Shown here: in pieces, positions 22,056 through 32,708 of the stretch
Position numbering within the stretch: position 1 is the first letter of the stretch
Layout: each line of letters begins with the position of its first letter
NCBI GenBank assembly: GCA_051746725.1
Contig: JBNJFI010000001.1
Coordinates: forward strand, 1-64,000
Length of the DNA: 64,000 nt
Direction of reading: 5' to 3'
Source: Fusobacteriota bacterium
Lineage (GTDB): Bacteria > Fusobacteriota > Fusobacteriia > Fusobacteriales > JBNJFI01
The notes under the pieces: generated by a model
What the model was told of the DNA's origin: nothing
Databases searched by the model: none
What the model saw: only the letters and a program-made list of their open reading frames with translations
Position numbers and translations under genes: made by a program

Positions 22056-24332
22056 TTATTCCCCCTTTAACACAAGTATTGTTATATCATCATTTTGCTT
22101 AGCATCTTTAGTAAATTTGCCAACTTCCCTATTTATTTTACCTAAAATATATGGAGCTGGATATTTTTTAATTTCAGTCACTATTTTTTCAACTCGTTGC
22201 TCTCCAAAAAATTTACCCTGGGTATTTCTTGCCTCTGTTAAACCATCTGTATATAAAAGTGCAATATCATTTTTATTTAATTTTATTTTTTTAGACTCAA
22301 ACTTTTCATTCGCCATAAATCCCAATACAGTTCCGTCTAAATCATAGTTTACAATTTTCTTTTTTTTATCATCATAAATAATAATAGGTCCATGACCAGC
22401 ATTTGAAAAATTTATCTTATTAGTTTTGATATTTACATGAAAAGCTATTGCAGTAATAAATCGACTGTCAATATCCTCTTCGCAAAATATATTATTTAAT
22501 TTATATAAAATTTCTGAAGGATCAATTTTATCCATCTCTTTTACTAACATTTTAAAAACTGTTTTTACCATGCTCACCAAAAGTGCTGCGGGAATCCCCT
22601 TTCCAGAAACATCTGCTATAAGCCCTAACAAGTTGTTTTCATCTACTTGTATTAGATCATAATAATCTCCGCCAACCTCTTTGGCTGGAATATTAGACCC
22701 TGCAACTTCTATATTTGGAAGTTTTGGCATATTTTTAGGAAACAAAGCACTCTGTATTTCATTAGCTATTTTTAGCTGAGCCTTTTCTTGTTTTCTTTCT
22801 ATTTCTTCATCTAAATAGATTAAATTTCTCATTGCTAACCAAAATTGATTTGTTAAAGAAACAGTCATGCTCTTATTTCCAGCTGTAAAATCTGTTTCCT
22901 TATTAAATATAACTATTCCTCCTATTAATTCACTATCTTGATAAATTGGAGTTGCTAATAACCTATTAAGTTTAGTTTTTAAATCTTTAGAGATATCTTC
23001 TAAAATTTGGGTATTACTTATATCATTAATTATCATTCCATTTGTTTTTTCTTTTAACATATCAAAAATCTTTATATCCCGTATTTGCTTTTTTATAAGA
23101 ATTTGTTCTGTAAATTTTTTCTCTTTGAAAAAACTTATTTTAGAAATATCTATTGCTTTTTCTTTTTTTGAATAATAAAATATAAATCCAAATTCAGCTT
23201 CTATTATTTCCAAAATCATTTCCAATGAAATTTTTTCTAATTTTTGTTTATCTAAGATTTTTCCCAGGGTATTCCCTGCATGATGGAGTAATACTATTTC
23301 TTCATATAAATTTGTCATTTCTTCTAGTTGCTCTTCAGAGTTTTCTTCCATAACTCTCATCTTGCTTTTTAAAGTAGATACATCTTGTTTTAACCTCTTA
23401 TTTTCAGAATCTAAGTTATCTAAATATAATAGATTATCAGCAATCTTACTTAATTCTAACCCCATTGTTTGCAAGAGTTTTTCAAACATATTCGTATTTA
23501 TATGATCTTGAGCTAAGCTATCTAATAAGAGTAATCCATGCTTTTTTTCACCAGTTTGTAATTTAATAATAGTTTCATATCCAACCTTTTTATTAATCTC
23601 ACTATTATAATAAAGAGACTTTTCAGAGTTCATCATATCTTGAATCAATTTAAAATCTACTTCCTTTTTATTAGAAGTGTTTTTCAATATTTTATAATCA
23701 TTTCCATCATATTTTACAACTATAATGTTTTTTAATTCAAAATATGTTTCAAAATAATAAAGAAGGTCTTCAAAAAAGATCTTGTATGAAATATTTGAGT
23801 CATATATAGACTCAATTATATTTATAAAGTTATCCAATATATATTCCTTAATAGCAAGGGCATCATTCATTTTTTCTAATTCTTGAATTGTACTTTTTAA
23901 TTGATATTCCCGAACTTTACTCTGGGTTTGCCTGTCTCTTTTGTTTGATCTAAGTTTCTTTTCATCTTTTTTGATTCTTTCTAACATAAGATCTACATTT
24001 TCCATTGTTTTATATTCTAGCTCAAAACCAAATAACATATCAGAAAAATGTGAAATTTTATCTTGTTTTATGTCCATATTTTGGTTCTTTTCTTTATTAA
24101 AAGAATTTAAAGACTTTAATTTATTTAAAATTCGTAAATATTTTTTTCTAAACCTAATACCAATCCAAAAATATATACTGAAAACTATAATTATTTCTAA
24201 CCCCAATATATATATATAATTTTTTACTGAAATCAAAATATCTGACATCTGATACATTATTTGAACTGGAATCACTAACATAATTAAACCCAGAAAGATA
24301 TTAATTGTTATCTTTAAGACTTTTTCTATCAT
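22056..24332 (-). CDS. Membrane-anchored GAF + PP2C (SpoIIE/RsbU-like) phosphatase
   Basis: Two N-terminal TMs, coiled coils, GAF-like segment; VGGDYYD, ADVSGKG, LYTDGLTE, DDIT. Confidence 0.9.
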   Translation of the reverse strand: MIEKVLKITINIFLGLIMLVIPVQIMYQMSDILISVKNYIYILGLEIIIVFSIYFWIGIRFRKKYLRILNKLKSLNSFNKEKNQNMDIKQDKISHFSDMLFGFELEYKTMENVDLMLERIKKDEKKLRSNKRDRQTQSKVREYQLKSTIQELEKMNDALAIKEYILDNFINIIESIYDSNISYKIFFEDLLYYFETYFELKNIIVVKYDGNDYKILKNTSNKKEVDFKLIQDMMNSEKSLYYNSEINKKVGYETIIKLQTGEKKHGLLLLDSLAQDHINTNMFEKLLQTMGLELSKIADNLLYLDNLDSENKRLKQDVSTLKSKMRVMEENSEEQLEEMTNLYEEIVLLHHAGNTLGKILDKQKLEKISLEMILEIIEAEFGFIFYYSKKEKAIDISKISFFKEKKFTEQILIKKQIRDIKIFDMLKEKTNGMIINDISNTQILEDISKDLKTKLNRLLATPIYQDSELIGGIVIFNKETDFTAGNKSMTVSLTNQFWLAMRNLIYLDEEIERKQEKAQLKIANEIQSALFPKNMPKLPNIEVAGSNIPAKEVGGDYYDLIQVDENNLLGLIADVSGKGIPAALLVSMVKTVFKMLVKEMDKIDPSEILYKLNNIFCEEDIDSRFITAIAFHVNIKTNKINFSNAGHGPIIIYDDKKKKIVNYDLDGTVLGFMANEKFESKKIKLNKNDIALLYTDGLTEARNTQGKFFGEQRVEKIVTEIKKYPAPYILGKINREVGKFTKDAKQNDDITILVLKGE

Positions 24333-24334
24333 TT

Positions 24335-25243
24335 TTACTTCCTTTTTTCTATCTCATTTAGTATTTTCCTTATTTTATCTGCCTTTTCTTTCTTTCCTTG
24401 TTTTTCATAAATTTCTAATTCTAATTTTAAAACTTCGTAATTCATCCTATCATCTTGAGAAATTAAGCTAAAATATTGATTCGCTTTATCTAATTCTCCT
24501 TTTTCTAAAAATGCTCTACTTAATTCATATAGTATTCTATAGGAAAAAGAGCTATCTACGCCAAATTCTTTTAATATAGATATAGCTTTATCATAGTTGC
24601 CCATCATTTTTAAATAATTAGAAAATAATACAACTATATTCAGATCTTTCTTACCTTTTTTGTATTGATCAAGTAAAAAATCATAACTATCTCTATATCT
24701 CTCTAAGTTTCCTAATACCTTGAGATAAGTTTCTAAAACTGTTATTTCGTATCTATCTCGATTATATTTAAATAATTTTTGAAATTCATTATAACTTTTT
24801 TGATAATTTCCCAATCTATAATTTACATAAGCTCTAGCCTTAACTATATCATAATTTTCATCTTCAACTAAAATTTGATTTAAGTATTTTATAGATTTAT
24901 CATAATCTTCTTTTTCATTATATAATATCCCTAAATTATAAAGAGCATCCACATTAGTTTTGTCTAATTCCAAAACCTCTTTAAGATATCTTTCTCCTTT
25001 ATCTAACTTATCTAATTTTAAATAAGCTAACCCCAAATTCTTTAATCCCTGTATATTTTCTGGATTAATTTCATACACTTTTTTGAATTCAGTTAAAGCT
25101 TCCCTGATTCTTCCTTGTTCTGTATAATTAATTCCTTTAATTAAAATATATGTCTCTTCTTTCCTCTGGTTTTCTCTATTAGGCATGTTAGTACATGATA
25201 TACTAAAAATTGCAATTGTGATTAAAAAAATTATTCGTTTCAT
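24335..25243 (-). CDS. TPR-repeat lipoprotein
   Basis: Lipobox-like FSISC; TPR units such as NLGLAY and ALYNLGILY. Confidence 0.85.
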   Translation of the reverse strand: MKRIIFLITIAIFSISCTNMPNRENQRKEETYILIKGINYTEQGRIREALTEFKKVYEINPENIQGLKNLGLAYLKLDKLDKGERYLKEVLELDKTNVDALYNLGILYNEKEDYDKSIKYLNQILVEDENYDIVKARAYVNYRLGNYQKSYNEFQKLFKYNRDRYEITVLETYLKVLGNLERYRDSYDFLLDQYKKGKKDLNIVVLFSNYLKMMGNYDKAISILKEFGVDSSFSYRILYELSRAFLEKGELDKANQYFSLISQDDRMNYEVLKLELEIYEKQGKKEKADKIRKILNEIEKRK

Positions 25244-25905
25244 ATATCCTCCCCTTTTTTTATCTCATCTGGCATTACAGCCCCTCCAGATATAATTATC
25301 TTTATTGCATCCTCTACCTTAATGTCTAACTCTGTTACATCTTTTTTAGGAACTATTAAAAACATTCCAGAAGTTGGATTTGGAGAGGTTGGCATAAATA
25401 CATTTATTAACTCTTTATTAATTTTGTTTTCAAAATATTTATTTTCTTCCTTAGTCAAAAAAGCTAAACTATATAGACCTTTTCTAGGATATTCTATTAG
25501 AACTACCTTTTTATATGACGAAGATTGTTTAGAAAACATTAAATTACTGATCTGCTTGATAGTCCTATATATATTCTTAACTAAAGGTAATTTTAAGAAA
25601 AAACCTTCAAAATATTTTGCTTTTTCTTTACTTATAACATTAACCAATAAAAATCCTAAAACTAAAATTAATATATATATGACTATTATTGATACTAGAT
25701 ATATAATACTAAAAACTAGTTTTTGAACACCAATTATATCTTGATCAACAAATTTGAGAATAAATCCATATATATATGCTATTGGTAATAAACTTCTAAT
25801 TATATAATTGGTCCACTCAAATATTTTAGCTAAAACAAAAACAGTTACAAATAGTGGCAATATTGCCACTATTCCTGTTATAAAATAAGTTTTTATGTGT
25901 TTCAT
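25240..25905 (-). CDS. DUF502 membrane protein
   Basis: LPLVKNIY, VVLIEYPRKG, VFMPTSPNPTSG, IISGG. Confidence 0.9.
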   Translation of the reverse strand: MKHIKTYFITGIVAILPLFVTVFVLAKIFEWTNYIIRSLLPIAYIYGFILKFVDQDIIGVQKLVFSIIYLVSIIVIYILILVLGFLLVNVISKEKAKYFEGFFLKLPLVKNIYRTIKQISNLMFSKQSSSYKKVVLIEYPRKGLYSLAFLTKEENKYFENKINKELINVFMPTSPNPTSGMFLIVPKKDVTELDIKVEDAIKIIISGGAVMPDEIKKGEDI

Positions 25906-25929
25906 CTTATCAAACCCCTAAAATTTTAC

Positions 25930-27183
25930 TTAATTTTTTTCTAAAACAACTTCAATAATTCTATATTTAGCCACCTTTTGAATTGTTATAGAAAAACCTT
26001 CCCAGTTAACTACATCTCCTTTTTCTGGAACTCTACCCAATCGGTAATATATAAATCCACCTAAAGTATCATATTCTTCTAACTCAGGAATATTTATTTC
26101 CAATTCTTCATTTATTTCTTGTATTCCTAAAAACGGATTAATTTTGTATTTATTATCAGTTACCTGGATAATATCTTGTTCATTATTATCGTATTCATCT
26201 TCAATTTCTCCCACTATTTCTTCTATCAAATCTTCAATAGTCACCATTCCAACAGTGCCACCATATTCGTCTAAAGCAATCGCTATATGAACTTTTTTTT
26301 CTTTAAATTGTTGTAATAATTCAATTAAAAATTTTGATTCCGGAACAAAATATGGTTCTCTAACTAATTTTTGTACCTCTGTATCTAATTCATCACGTTT
26401 TACTACCTCAAGAAGATCTTTTAAATATAATATCCCTATAATATTATCCATTCTCTCCTTATACACTGGAATACGGGAATACCCCTTTTCAATAATATCC
26501 TCCCAAACTTCTAAGATGTTTTTAGAAGCCTCGATTGCATACATTCCAATTCGAGGAACCATAACATCCTTTACAATACTATCTCCAAAGTCGAAAATTC
26601 CATGAATCATTTCCTTTTCTTTTTTTTCAAGTATTCCTTCTTCTTCACCAACTAATACCATTGATTTTATGTCTTTTTCAGTTATCAGTAAATTTTCTTC
26701 AGTCATTTTTATTCCAAAAATTCTAGTTATAATTCTAGAAGTAAAAGTTAATAAAAATATAATTGGATAAGTAATAATACTTAAATAGTATATTGGTAAT
26801 ATTACTACTTGAGATATCTTTTTTGAAAACTTTTTTGCTAATATCTTAGGTGTTATCTCTCCAAAGATTAAAACAACAACTGTCATAACAATTGTAGAAA
26901 TCAAAACTGGTCTACTACTATCTGGTGTCCGACCTCCTATTAAATCAATGGCAACAACTGTTGCTATTGATGAGGCTAAAATATTTACAATATTATTTCC
27001 TAATAAAATTGCAGTAAGTATTTCATTTGGTTTTTGCAGCCATAATCTCAATAATTTTGCTACCTTCGTTTTTCCTTCTTCTATTTCTCTTAAATCCATT
27101 TGTTTAAAGGCAGTCAGGGCAGTTTCTGAAGCAGAAAAAATCCCTGATAAAATTATTAATATTATTAAAATTGTCACTTCCAA
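25930..27183 (-). CDS. CNNM/HlyC-CorC family protein (DUF21-CBS-CorC)
   Basis: SASETA, GNNIVN, GEITPK, GYSRIPVY, DEYGGT.G.VT.ED. Confidence 0.93.
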   Translation of the reverse strand: MEVTILIILIILSGIFSASETALTAFKQMDLREIEEGKTKVAKLLRLWLQKPNEILTAILLGNNIVNILASSIATVVAIDLIGGRTPDSSRPVLISTIVMTVVVLIFGEITPKILAKKFSKKISQVVILPIYYLSIITYPIIFLLTFTSRIITRIFGIKMTEENLLITEKDIKSMVLVGEEEGILEKKEKEMIHGIFDFGDSIVKDVMVPRIGMYAIEASKNILEVWEDIIEKGYSRIPVYKERMDNIIGILYLKDLLEVVKRDELDTEVQKLVREPYFVPESKFLIELLQQFKEKKVHIAIALDEYGGTVGMVTIEDLIEEIVGEIEDEYDNNEQDIIQVTDNKYKINPFLGIQEINEELEINIPELEEYDTLGGFIYYRLGRVPEKGDVVNWEGFSITIQKVAKYRIIEVVLEKN

Positions 27184-27242
27184 TTATTTCTCCTCTCTTC
27201 CACTCATTATCACTGAATTCACTTTTATAATCTAAGTAGATT

Positions 27243-27686
27243 CTAAAAACTTTTATTTATTAGATCTGATTTCGTTACAATTCCAATCAATTTTTTATTG
27301 TCAATTACTAGAGCATATTCATATTCTTCTTCTATTATTTTGGTTACTAAGTCTTCAACTGTCTCATCTTTTTTGATTTGAAAAAAATCTTCATGCATAA
27401 TTTCTTTAGCTGTAAACCCAGATATTTTTTTTATTTTATTTTTAAATTCTTTATTATTGGGCATTGTTATAAGAAGATCCCAAAATGCTATAACTGGAGG
27501 AAGTGGAGCTTTTTCTTCTTTTATTAAAATGTCATCTCTAGTTATCACACCTACCACTTTTTCATCTTTCATTACAGGTATCTTCCCAAAACCTTTATCT
27601 TGCATTATTTTTAATATCTCATCAAAACTAGTATCTTCTTTAACAGTTGTAACCTCTTTATTCATAACGTCTTCAACTTTTTTCAT
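27243..27686 (-). CDS. CBS-domain pair protein
   Basis: VEDVM...VVGVITRDD and AKEIM...LIGIVTKSDL. Confidence 0.9.
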   Translation of the reverse strand: MKKVEDVMNKEVTTVKEDTSFDEILKIMQDKGFGKIPVMKDEKVVGVITRDDILIKEEKAPLPPVIAFWDLLITMPNNKEFKNKIKKISGFTAKEIMHEDFFQIKKDETVEDLVTKIIEEEYEYALVIDNKKLIGIVTKSDLINKSF

Positions 27687-27744
27687 AATCTCCTCCTATT
27701 TTATCATAATAAAATTTAAAACACAATTATTTTTTAAGATTATA

Positions 27745-28209
27745 TCACTTAAGAACTGGAATAGAGTATATCCATTTTTTTATAGCCAATTCATAATCTA
27801 TTAGTTCCTCTTCATTAAAAAATAAATTTATTTCTCTCTTCGCACTTTCAAGGGAATCTGATGCATGGATTATATTATGGCCAACATCTAAAACATAATC
27901 TCCTCTTATTGTCCCTATTTTAGCATCACCAGGCGTTGTATCTCCAACAATTTTTCTTATTATATTTATAATGTCTTCACCTTCCATTACCATGGCTATT
28001 ACAGGACCTGAAGTAATAAATGCTATTAACTCGTCAAAAAAGTCCTTCCCTATATGTTCTGCATAGTGTTTTTTAGCCAACTTTTCAGTAATTTTCATCA
28101 TCTTCATTCCAATGATCTTTACACCTTTTTTTTCAAACTTACTTATAATCTCTCCAGCTAATTCTCTTTGAACTCCATCAGGTTTAATCATTACAAAACT
28201 ATTTTCCAT
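27745..28209 (-). CDS. ndk: Nucleoside-diphosphate kinase
   Basis: [22 protein letters not shown]. Confidence 0.97.
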   Translation of the reverse strand: MENSFVMIKPDGVQRELAGEIISKFEKKGVKIIGMKMMKITEKLAKKHYAEHIGKDFFDELIAFITSGPVIAMVMEGEDIINIIRKIVGDTTPGDAKIGTIRGDYVLDVGHNIIHASDSLESAKREINLFFNEEELIDYELAIKKWIYSIPVLK

Positions 28210-28322
28210 TTTAGCCTCCTTGTTTTACGAAAATAATATCTCTTCTTGAAAAGATATACAAAAAAAATCGTGATTTCCTTTTTTATATTATAATTACTTC
28301 AAATCTTTTCTGCATCTTTGAG

Positions 28323-28361
28323 AAAGGACAAAAAGAGAGGTAGCCTCTCTTTTTGTCCTTT
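28323..28361. terminator. 18-bp perfect inverted repeat after the secB-like gene
   Basis: aaaggacaaaaagagagg-tag-cctctctttttgtccttt. Confidence 0.75.
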
Positions 28362-28387
28362 TGATATATTCAATTATAGCAATTTCT

Positions 28388-28777
28388 CTAAAACTTTTTC
28401 TTTTGTTTTGCTTTTTCTTTATTTTTTAACTGGCTTATCGGTGGCAATTTAACTTTTGGTAATCCGGCTTCTGAAAAAACACTTTCTATTTTCTTTTTAA
28501 TATATCCAAACATTATTTTAGGAACCATATCTTTTTTGAAAGTTTCCTTTTCTACAGGGATTTCCTCAATATCAAAAATACCTACCATTTTAATACCTAA
28601 TCTAAAAGCCTCTTCATCTCCTTGCATAGCTCTTAAATTTACAATAAATTCCGAAAAAAGATCCTTTCCACTTTCATTATTCTTTGAATCATATTTTATA
28701 TTTATATTTAAATCTTTTTTGATCTTTTTTACTCTCTTAAAATTTTGCTCTACCAATAAAAGTTCTTTTATTTCCAT
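28388..28777 (-). CDS. SecB-like chaperone
   Basis: VGIF ... PKIMFGYIK..I ... GLPKVKLPPI resembles the SecB C-terminal pattern, degenerate. Confidence 0.65.
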   Translation of the reverse strand: MEIKELLLVEQNFKRVKKIKKDLNINIKYDSKNNESGKDLFSEFIVNLRAMQGDEEAFRLGIKMVGIFDIEEIPVEKETFKKDMVPKIMFGYIKKKIESVFSEAGLPKVKLPPISQLKNKEKAKQKKKF

Positions 28778-28786
28778 TTTTTCCCC

Positions 28787-29668
28787 CTATAATTCTTTTG
28801 TTATTTCTTTTAAATATTCAGATAATTCATCCTTAACTTCCGAATGTCTTAATCCAAATTCAATATTTGCCTTTAAGTATCCAAATTTATCACCTATATC
28901 ATATCTATCACCTATAAAATCATAGGCTAATACTTTATCTCCAAATTTTATCATGTCTAAAATAGCATCTGTTAACTGTATTTCATTTCCTTTTCCAGGT
29001 TTTGTCTTTTCTAGATATTCAAAAATCTGTGGCTCTAAAATATATCTTCCTAAACAAGCATAGTTAGATGGAGCATCTTCAACTTTTGGCTTTTCAATAA
29101 AATCTTTCACTTTAACAGTTCTTTCATCAAATCTTATCCCTGGCTTAATAATTCCATATGCTGACACTTGATCCTTAGGAACAGTTTGAACTCCAATCAT
29201 ACTGCCCCCCTTATATTCTTTCCTTTTATCCAGCATTTGTTTTACAACAGGTTTTTCGCTGTGTACTATGTCATCACCTAGAACAACAACAAATGGCTCA
29301 TTTCCTATATGCTTTTTTGCTCTCAAAATTGCATGTCCTAAACCTAGAGGTTCTTTTTGTCTTATATAATAAATGTTTGCATATTCAGATATATCTCTTA
29401 CCATTTTTAATTTATCTAATTTTCCTTTTTTTTCCAGTTGATATTCCAACTCAACTGAATAATCAAAATGATCTTCTAAAGCTCTTTTATTTCTTCCAGT
29501 TACTATTGTTATATCTTTTATTCCTGACTCAACTAGTTCTTCTACAATATGTTGAATTGTAGGTTTATCAACAATTGGTAACATCTCTTTGGGTTGAGAT
29601 TTGGTTGCTGGTAAAAATCTAGTCCCTAACCCTGCAGCTGGTATTACTGCCTTTCGTATTTCTTTCAT
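28787..29668 (-). CDS. galU: UTP-glucose-1-phosphate uridylyltransferase
   Basis: KAVIPAAGLGTRFLPATK.QPKEMLP, EIQLTDA; start MKEIR after AGGAGA. Confidence 0.97.
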   Translation of the reverse strand: MKEIRKAVIPAAGLGTRFLPATKSQPKEMLPIVDKPTIQHIVEELVESGIKDITIVTGRNKRALEDHFDYSVELEYQLEKKGKLDKLKMVRDISEYANIYYIRQKEPLGLGHAILRAKKHIGNEPFVVVLGDDIVHSEKPVVKQMLDKRKEYKGGSMIGVQTVPKDQVSAYGIIKPGIRFDERTVKVKDFIEKPKVEDAPSNYACLGRYILEPQIFEYLEKTKPGKGNEIQLTDAILDMIKFGDKVLAYDFIGDRYDIGDKFGYLKANIEFGLRHSEVKDELSEYLKEITKEL

Positions 29669-29699
29669 TAACAATCTCCTTTCCATTAATTCTTTAAAG

Positions 29700-31655
29700 C
29701 TATTCTACTATTGTTCCCGAAGGAACTTTTCCATCTATTTCTATTAATTTTATTTTATTATCTTCAACTGTTGTAAGTAACATTCCTTGAGATAAAACTC
29801 CCATTAATTTTGCTGGTTTTAAGTTTGAAACAAATAAAACTTTTTTGTCTATAAGTTCCTTAGGTTTATAATGTTTTGCTAGCCCAGAAACTACACTCCT
29901 TTGTTCATCTCCAACTTCTACTTTAAACTTTAATAATTTATCAGCTTTTTTAATCTTTTCTGCTTCTATTATTTTAGCAACTTTCATTTCAACTTTTTTA
30001 AATTCATTAAAATCAATTTCTTTTTTATTTTGTTTCTTTTTATCTGTTTTTTTATTTTTACTTTCTTTTTTGGAAACCTTACTCTTTTTTTCTTCTTCTA
30101 GTATTTCCTCTTTTGCATCTTCATCAATTCTTGGAAAAATTGGATTAGCTGTTTTAACAGTTGTATTATATTTAATATTTCCCCATTCTGATATATCATT
30201 GATTGTAGCATTATTTATATCTTCTTTTACCCCTAACTGTTGCCAAATCTTTGCAGCTGATTCAGGCATATATGGATAAACCAAAACTGCTATTTTATAT
30301 AAGGCTTCTAAAAGATTATATAAAACAACTGCTAATCTATCTTTTTTGTCATCATCTTTCGCTAAAATCCAAGGAGTAGTTTCATCAATATATTTATTCA
30401 TTCTAGATACAAATTTCCATGTAGCTTGTAACGCCTTAGAAAACTGCATATGATCCATTTCTTTATCAATTTTATCTAGAGTTTCAAAAAAGAGTTCTTT
30501 TATTTGAATATCATATTTATCTTCTCCTTTTCCTTCTACAACAACTCCATTAAAATATTTTTGAACCATTCCTAAAGTTCTGTTTAATAAATTTCCTAAA
30601 TCATTTGCTAAATCAGAATTAATAGTTCTAATCATAGCTTCTTGAGAGTAATCCCCATCTTTTCCAAAATGAACCTCTTTCATTAGAAAATATCTGAATG
30701 CATCTCGACCATATTTTTCTATCTCTTTTTTGGGATCAACTACATTCCCTTTTGATTTTGACATTTTTTCACCTTCAGATGTCCACCAACCATGTGCAAA
30801 TATTGTGTCTGGAAGTTTCTCGCCAGCAGCCATTAATATTGTAGGCCAAATAATTGCATGAAATCTTAATATATCTTTACCTACTACATGTACTACTTCA
30901 CCTTCATTCCAATATTTATCAAATTTTTCTGGATCATCATTATATCCCACAGAGGTAAGATAATTAGTCAAAGCATCAAACCAAACATATATAACATGAT
31001 CTTCATCTATTGCTAAAGGAATTCCCCAATCAAAAGTATTTCTAGAAACTGAAAGATCAGTTAATCCCTGTTCAATAAAAGAAATAACTTCATTTTTTCT
31101 ATATTCTGGTTGTATAAAATCTGGATTTTCCTCTATATGTTTTAATAGCTTATCTCCATATTCTGACATCTTGAAAAAATAAGACTCTTCTTTTACTGTT
31201 CTCAATTCTTTTCCACAATCTGGGCATTTATTATCTTCAGCTTGATTTTTAGGTACGAAATTTTCACAAGAAACACAATATAAACCTTCATAATTTCCTT
31301 TATAAATATCTCCATTATCATTTACTTTTTTGAAAATTTTTCTCACAGATTCTTTATGTCGAGATTCTGTTGTTCTTATAAAATCATCATAATCAATATT
31401 TAATTCTTTCCACATATTTTTAAATTCAGGAGCTACACTGTCAACTAGTTCCTTAGGTGTGATTCCCTTTTTTTTAGCAGCTTCTTCTATTTTTTGTCCA
31501 TGTTCATCTGTACCTGTCAAAAAATATGTATCATACCCTTTTGTCTTTTTATATCTAGATAACACATCGCATGCTACTGTTGTATAAGCTGATCCAACAT
31601 GAGGGTTTCCATTTACATAATAAATCGGTGTTGTTACATAAAAATTTTTAGCCAT
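29700..31655 (-). CDS. metG: Methionine--tRNA ligase with C-terminal tRNA-binding domain
   Basis: HVGS, KMSKS, YVWFDAL, CxxC knuckle, OB-fold tail. Confidence 0.98.
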   Translation of the reverse strand: MAKNFYVTTPIYYVNGNPHVGSAYTTVACDVLSRYKKTKGYDTYFLTGTDEHGQKIEEAAKKKGITPKELVDSVAPEFKNMWKELNIDYDDFIRTTESRHKESVRKIFKKVNDNGDIYKGNYEGLYCVSCENFVPKNQAEDNKCPDCGKELRTVKEESYFFKMSEYGDKLLKHIEENPDFIQPEYRKNEVISFIEQGLTDLSVSRNTFDWGIPLAIDEDHVIYVWFDALTNYLTSVGYNDDPEKFDKYWNEGEVVHVVGKDILRFHAIIWPTILMAAGEKLPDTIFAHGWWTSEGEKMSKSKGNVVDPKKEIEKYGRDAFRYFLMKEVHFGKDGDYSQEAMIRTINSDLANDLGNLLNRTLGMVQKYFNGVVVEGKGEDKYDIQIKELFFETLDKIDKEMDHMQFSKALQATWKFVSRMNKYIDETTPWILAKDDDKKDRLAVVLYNLLEALYKIAVLVYPYMPESAAKIWQQLGVKEDINNATINDISEWGNIKYNTTVKTANPIFPRIDEDAKEEILEEEKKSKVSKKESKNKKTDKKKQNKKEIDFNEFKKVEMKVAKIIEAEKIKKADKLLKFKVEVGDEQRSVVSGLAKHYKPKELIDKKVLFVSNLKPAKLMGVLSQGMLLTTVEDNKIKLIEIDGKVPSGTIVE

Positions 31656-31712
31656 CTTATCCCATCCTTTTATCTAATTTTATTCATTATATATTATATA
31701 TTATATATTTTA

Positions 31713-32708
31713 TTAACTATTTTCTATTATTAATTCTGCACAAGAAATAGCCTCTTTTAGGCTACTATAATCTGCTACACCTTTTCCTGCTATATCAAAA
31801 GCTGTTCCATGATCAACAGAAGTTCTAATTATTGGTAATCCAAAAGTAATATTTACGCCTTTTCCAAAACTTTCCATTTTCATAGGTATTAATCCCTGAT
31901 CATGATACATAACCACAGCAATATTATACTTATCTTCTAACATCTTTACAAAAAGAGTGTCTGGAACTATTGGCCCTTCTACTTCAATTCCAATTTTTTG
32001 GGCTTCTCTTACTGCTGGTAATATTTCTTCTTTCTCTTCATTACCAAACAATCCATTTTCACCATTATGAGGGTTTAATCCCGCAACTGCTATTTTAGTT
32101 TTTATCCCAAGTTTTTCCTTCGCTTCTTGAGCTAGTTTTATCTTTTCTAATATACTCTCTTTTTTGACTTTTTTAGCAGCATCTATAATAGAAAGATGAG
32201 TGGTATTTAAAATTACTGTTATTTTATTTCCTTTCAAAACCATTGCATATTCATTAGTATTGGTTTTGTCTGCTAAAAAGGTTGTATGTCCACTATATTT
32301 ATACCCTGCTAAATTAATAGCATCCTTACTTATTGGAGCTGTAGTCATAGCTTTAAAATATCCATTTTGGACTAATTCTAAACCTGTTTTCAAATATTTC
32401 ATTGTATATTCTCCAGCTAATTTACTAACATTACCAATTTTCAGCTTATTTATATCTAATTTTATATCAATTACATATATTTTATCTGTTGAATTAGATA
32501 TTTTTTTTATATTTTTAATGTTTTTTTTATCTATTTTTATAACTTCTAAATCAAATTTCAACATATCAACATAATATTTTATAACTGAATAACTCCCTAT
32601 CACAACTGGTATATGTTTTTTGTGATCTCTAATATAATTAAAATATTTAACTATTATCTCTGGTCCGATCCCTGCTGGATCTCCCATTGTAATTAAAATT
32701 TTATCCAC
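31713..32708 (-). CDS. pdxA: 4-hydroxythreonine-4-phosphate dehydrogenase family (PdxA/PdxA2)
   Basis: TMGDPAGIGPE, GHT, GLNPH, MYHDQG, RTSVDHGTAFDIAG. Confidence 0.92.
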   Translation of the reverse strand: MDKILITMGDPAGIGPEIIVKYFNYIRDHKKHIPVVIGSYSVIKYYVDMLKFDLEVIKIDKKNIKNIKKISNSTDKIYVIDIKLDINKLKIGNVSKLAGEYTMKYLKTGLELVQNGYFKAMTTAPISKDAINLAGYKYSGHTTFLADKTNTNEYAMVLKGNKITVILNTTHLSIIDAAKKVKKESILEKIKLAQEAKEKLGIKTKIAVAGLNPHNGENGLFGNEEKEEILPAVREAQKIGIEVEGPIVPDTLFVKMLEDKYNIAVVMYHDQGLIPMKMESFGKGVNITFGLPIIRTSVDHGTAFDIAGKGVADYSSLKEAISCAELIIENS

